The translations under genes were made by a program, and so were the position numbers. Of a DNA stretch of 32,000 nt, positions 29,870-32,000 are shown piece by piece (position 1 is the stretch's first letter; every line of letters starts with the position of its first letter). The DNA comes from Promethearchaeota archaeon. GTDB taxonomy: Archaea > Asgardarchaeota > Lokiarchaeia > Sigyniarchaeales > SOKP01. The notes under the pieces were generated by a model. The model ran no database searches and was not told the origin of the DNA. It saw only the letters and a list, made by a program, of their open reading frames with translations. The stretch spans positions 880,751 to 912,750 of the forward strand of contig JAUWGH010000001.1 in NCBI GenBank assembly GCA_030606485.1, given 5' to 3'.

Positions 29870-30095
29870 TTTTCATAATCTATACAATTAAGGTGATACT
29901 TCTGATAGAATTTATTTTCTTAATTTTTAATTTATAGAAAAACCTTTGTTCTCTATAGCACAGATTTAAGTTTTATCCAAAAGTTATATATTTATGTAAG
30001 TGTATTATTGTATATTTGCGTAATAGATATTTACATTATTAAAGGTATAATTATATCCCCTATTTATAGGAAGAAAAATATAAATGTGTTTTATT

Positions 30096-32000
30096 ATGAA
30101 AAAAAAATACTCAATTAAGTTTATTTTGTATATTCTCTTGAGTTTTTTCATTATAAATATAATTTCCAGCACTTTTTTACTTCAAATGAATGAAAGTATA
30201 ATAGATAATTGTGAAAGTAAAAAATTTCAAGATGATAATATAGATTTTGAAAATAATTATGATTTCAAATTAAAATTATCTTCTATTAAAGAGGCACATG
30301 AGGGATCTGGGGGTAATATTAATGTTTTACTTCACGAATCAAATGTTAATACAACCAAAGTTAGAATTGCAGATACTTCTGATACTAATAATATAACTTT
30401 TTATGAAAGTTGTCCTACAGAGTCGACTTTTAATACTAGCTTTATTAATATAACTATTGAGGATATATATGCAACAAATAAAACTTTAATAGTTGAAGAT
30501 GATGGAGGAGCTCCAGATTATGATAAATTGTCAGATAAATATTTTGCTTCTTTTAATGTCTCCTCTAAATGTACTATAAAAAATGTATCAGTAAGAGTGA
30601 AATGTGACAATACTGATACCTTTAATATAGATCTTTTTAACGCATCATTACCAGGCGACGACATTAAATATCAATCAGATTTAACTGGAGGATCTACTCT
30701 AGCGAGTTTTGGATTTACAGGTTCATCTCCACGTCATTGGGAAAATTGTACTGACATAGATTTTGAAATTGACCCAACAAACACATATCAAAATGTATTT
30801 TTTATTTCACTTCAAACTTTAAATGACGTAGGTTACTGGTACTATGAAAAGGAAAATGATGGAGATGATTCCATTACTTGGACAGATGCTTCAGCAAGTC
30901 CGTTACAATGGCGAGACATGGAGTTAATACTTGATTTAGTTCCAATAAATAATACACCAAATCCACAAGATATTGGACTTAAAATTAATAATTCTGTAGT
31001 TACGGGTTATTCTAATGTAAATGGATCCGGTTATTGGAATTCTACAGAAGAATATTCCAGTAGTTCTGGAAATTTGGAATTCAATATATCTGCAGATTGG
31101 TGGGATGTATCGTGTAATATAACTAAAAGATTAATTAATTACACTAAAAGTAACTTAAACGCCAATTCAGAATTTGATATAACAGAAAATACAGATGATG
31201 TGCTTTGGAATGTATTAATAAATGAAAATATAGACGATTTTGGAATTGATTTTGAAAGTAAATATATTAATTTTACGATTCCATCATCTTGGAAATTAAT
31301 TCAAGCATTTAAAGGGAGCGTTGAAAAAACAAATACTACTTGGGATCGTGGAGATGGATGGCAGGTTGTGAAAACATCACCAGGAGAAAACGGAAATTTT
31401 TGGGGGTTAAATGCCTCATCTACGAATTTGATTAAATCTATAGGAATTCAAGTAGATGGAGTTCCTAAAACCACTGTGAACAGTTCTGATACCGTGAGTT
31501 TTAATGCAACATTCTCCGAAAACATTGCAGGAGAAGTCAATTTAACAGTATATAGTCCCTCACCAAGTGATTTTATGAATTATACTTCTGTGAATGATAC
31601 CTCTGCAGCATCAGTGGTCAATTTAAGTGATTGGAATTTATCTAAAAATGTAACAAGTTATGGAATATTCCGGATTAGAGTTTTTTGGAATAATAATACA
31701 GCAGTTGGATTTTTTAAAACTAATTTAACAATTTTAGCTAATTCGAATATGACTTTAATAGACCCTGATCAGGATGATACATTTTATACAAACCAATTTT
31801 TTAATATTACGATTTATTTTGAAGATTCAAATCAAAATGTGGCCATTGATGGTGCTACCATATATTATAATATTGATGGGCAAGGTTGGCAGCAAACAAC
31901 TTTGAATAACGGAACAGAGGGATACTATAACATAACCATCTACTGTAGCCAGTTTAATCACGATGATTATGGACCAAAAACGGTTCAAATTACTGCCAAT
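30096..32000 (+). CDS. Tandem paralog of the giant surface glycoprotein (partial, runs off the right edge)
   Basis: ATG at 30096 begins MKKKYSIKFILYILLSFFIINIISSTFLL. The frame is open for 635 codons to the window end (...GPKTVQITAN) and is collinear with the 25208 protein. Absent from the ORF track because no stop codon falls in the window. Confidence 0.9.
   Translation, partial: MKKKYSIKFILYILLSFFIINIISSTFLLQMNESIIDNCESKKFQDDNIDFENNYDFKLKLSSIKEAHEGSGGNINVLLHESNVNTTKVRIADTSDTNNITFYESCPTESTFNTSFINITIEDIYATNKTLIVEDDGGAPDYDKLSDKYFASFNVSSKCTIKNVSVRVKCDNTDTFNIDLFNASLPGDDIKYQSDLTGGSTLASFGFTGSSPRHWENCTDIDFEIDPTNTYQNVFFISLQTLNDVGYWYYEKENDGDDSITWTDASASPLQWRDMELILDLVPINNTPNPQDIGLKINNSVVTGYSNVNGSGYWNSTEEYSSSSGNLEFNISADWWDVSCNITKRLINYTKSNLNANSEFDITENTDDVLWNVLINENIDDFGIDFESKYINFTIPSSWKLIQAFKGSVEKTNTTWDRGDGWQVVKTSPGENGNFWGLNASSTNLIKSIGIQVDGVPKTTVNSSDTVSFNATFSENIAGEVNLTVYSPSPSDFMNYTSVNDTSAASVVNLSDWNLSKNVTSYGIFRIRVFWNNNTAVGFFKTNLTILANSNMTLIDPDQDDTFYTNQFFNITIYFEDSNQNVAIDGATIYYNIDGQGWQQTTLNNGTEGYYNITIYCSQFNHDDYGPKTVQITAN
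30521..31173 (+). repeat. Near-identical coding block, copy 2
   Basis: Aligns to 25618-26273 at about 96% and 92% identity on either side of the variable patch. Confidence 0.92.

Noticed and set aside
25922-30866. Diversity-generating retroelement explanation for the variable patch
   Set aside because: No reverse transcriptase in the window. The differences are not restricted to adenines and include an indel, and both copies are inside long coding genes rather than forming a TR/VR pair.
1-32000. tRNA, rRNA, CRISPR arrays, IS elements or integrases
   Set aside because: No GC-rich structured RNA-like segments, regularly spaced repeats, terminal inverted repeats or transposase/integrase motifs were seen.

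Overview
AT-rich archaeal window with no rRNA, tRNA, CRISPR array or mobile element that I can detect. The gene content suggests an Asgard archaeon, most likely Lokiarchaeia/Promethearchaeota (inference). The indicators are a Roadblock-Rab-like GTPase fusion, a membrane protein with a cytoplasmic longin-like domain, an Rpn11/CSN5-like MPN-TPR protein and a PCI-like protein. The left half is mostly metabolic: PncC/CinA, an atypical polyprenyl synthase, a metallophosphoesterase, a CoA-transferase III, an EamA transporter, a radical SAM protein, an iron-sulfur flavoprotein, a three-gene membrane operon, two HdrD/GlpC-like Fe-S proteins and an M28/PA protein with a rewired metal site. The right half holds two tandem SERCA-type P2A ATPases, the Roadblock-Rab GTPase, an ACD beta subunit and two tandem giant glycoprotein genes. 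The first giant gene encodes a receptor-like protein (sequon-rich ectodomain, one TM, longin-like domain, helical tail). The second, missing from the ORF track because it runs off the window, shares a roughly 650-bp block of 92-96% nucleotide identity interrupted by a short hypervariable patch. The leading hypothesis is a surface-receptor/longin/small-GTPase signalling locus with recombining ectodomains. Domain calls are by eye from motifs, and no database search was run.
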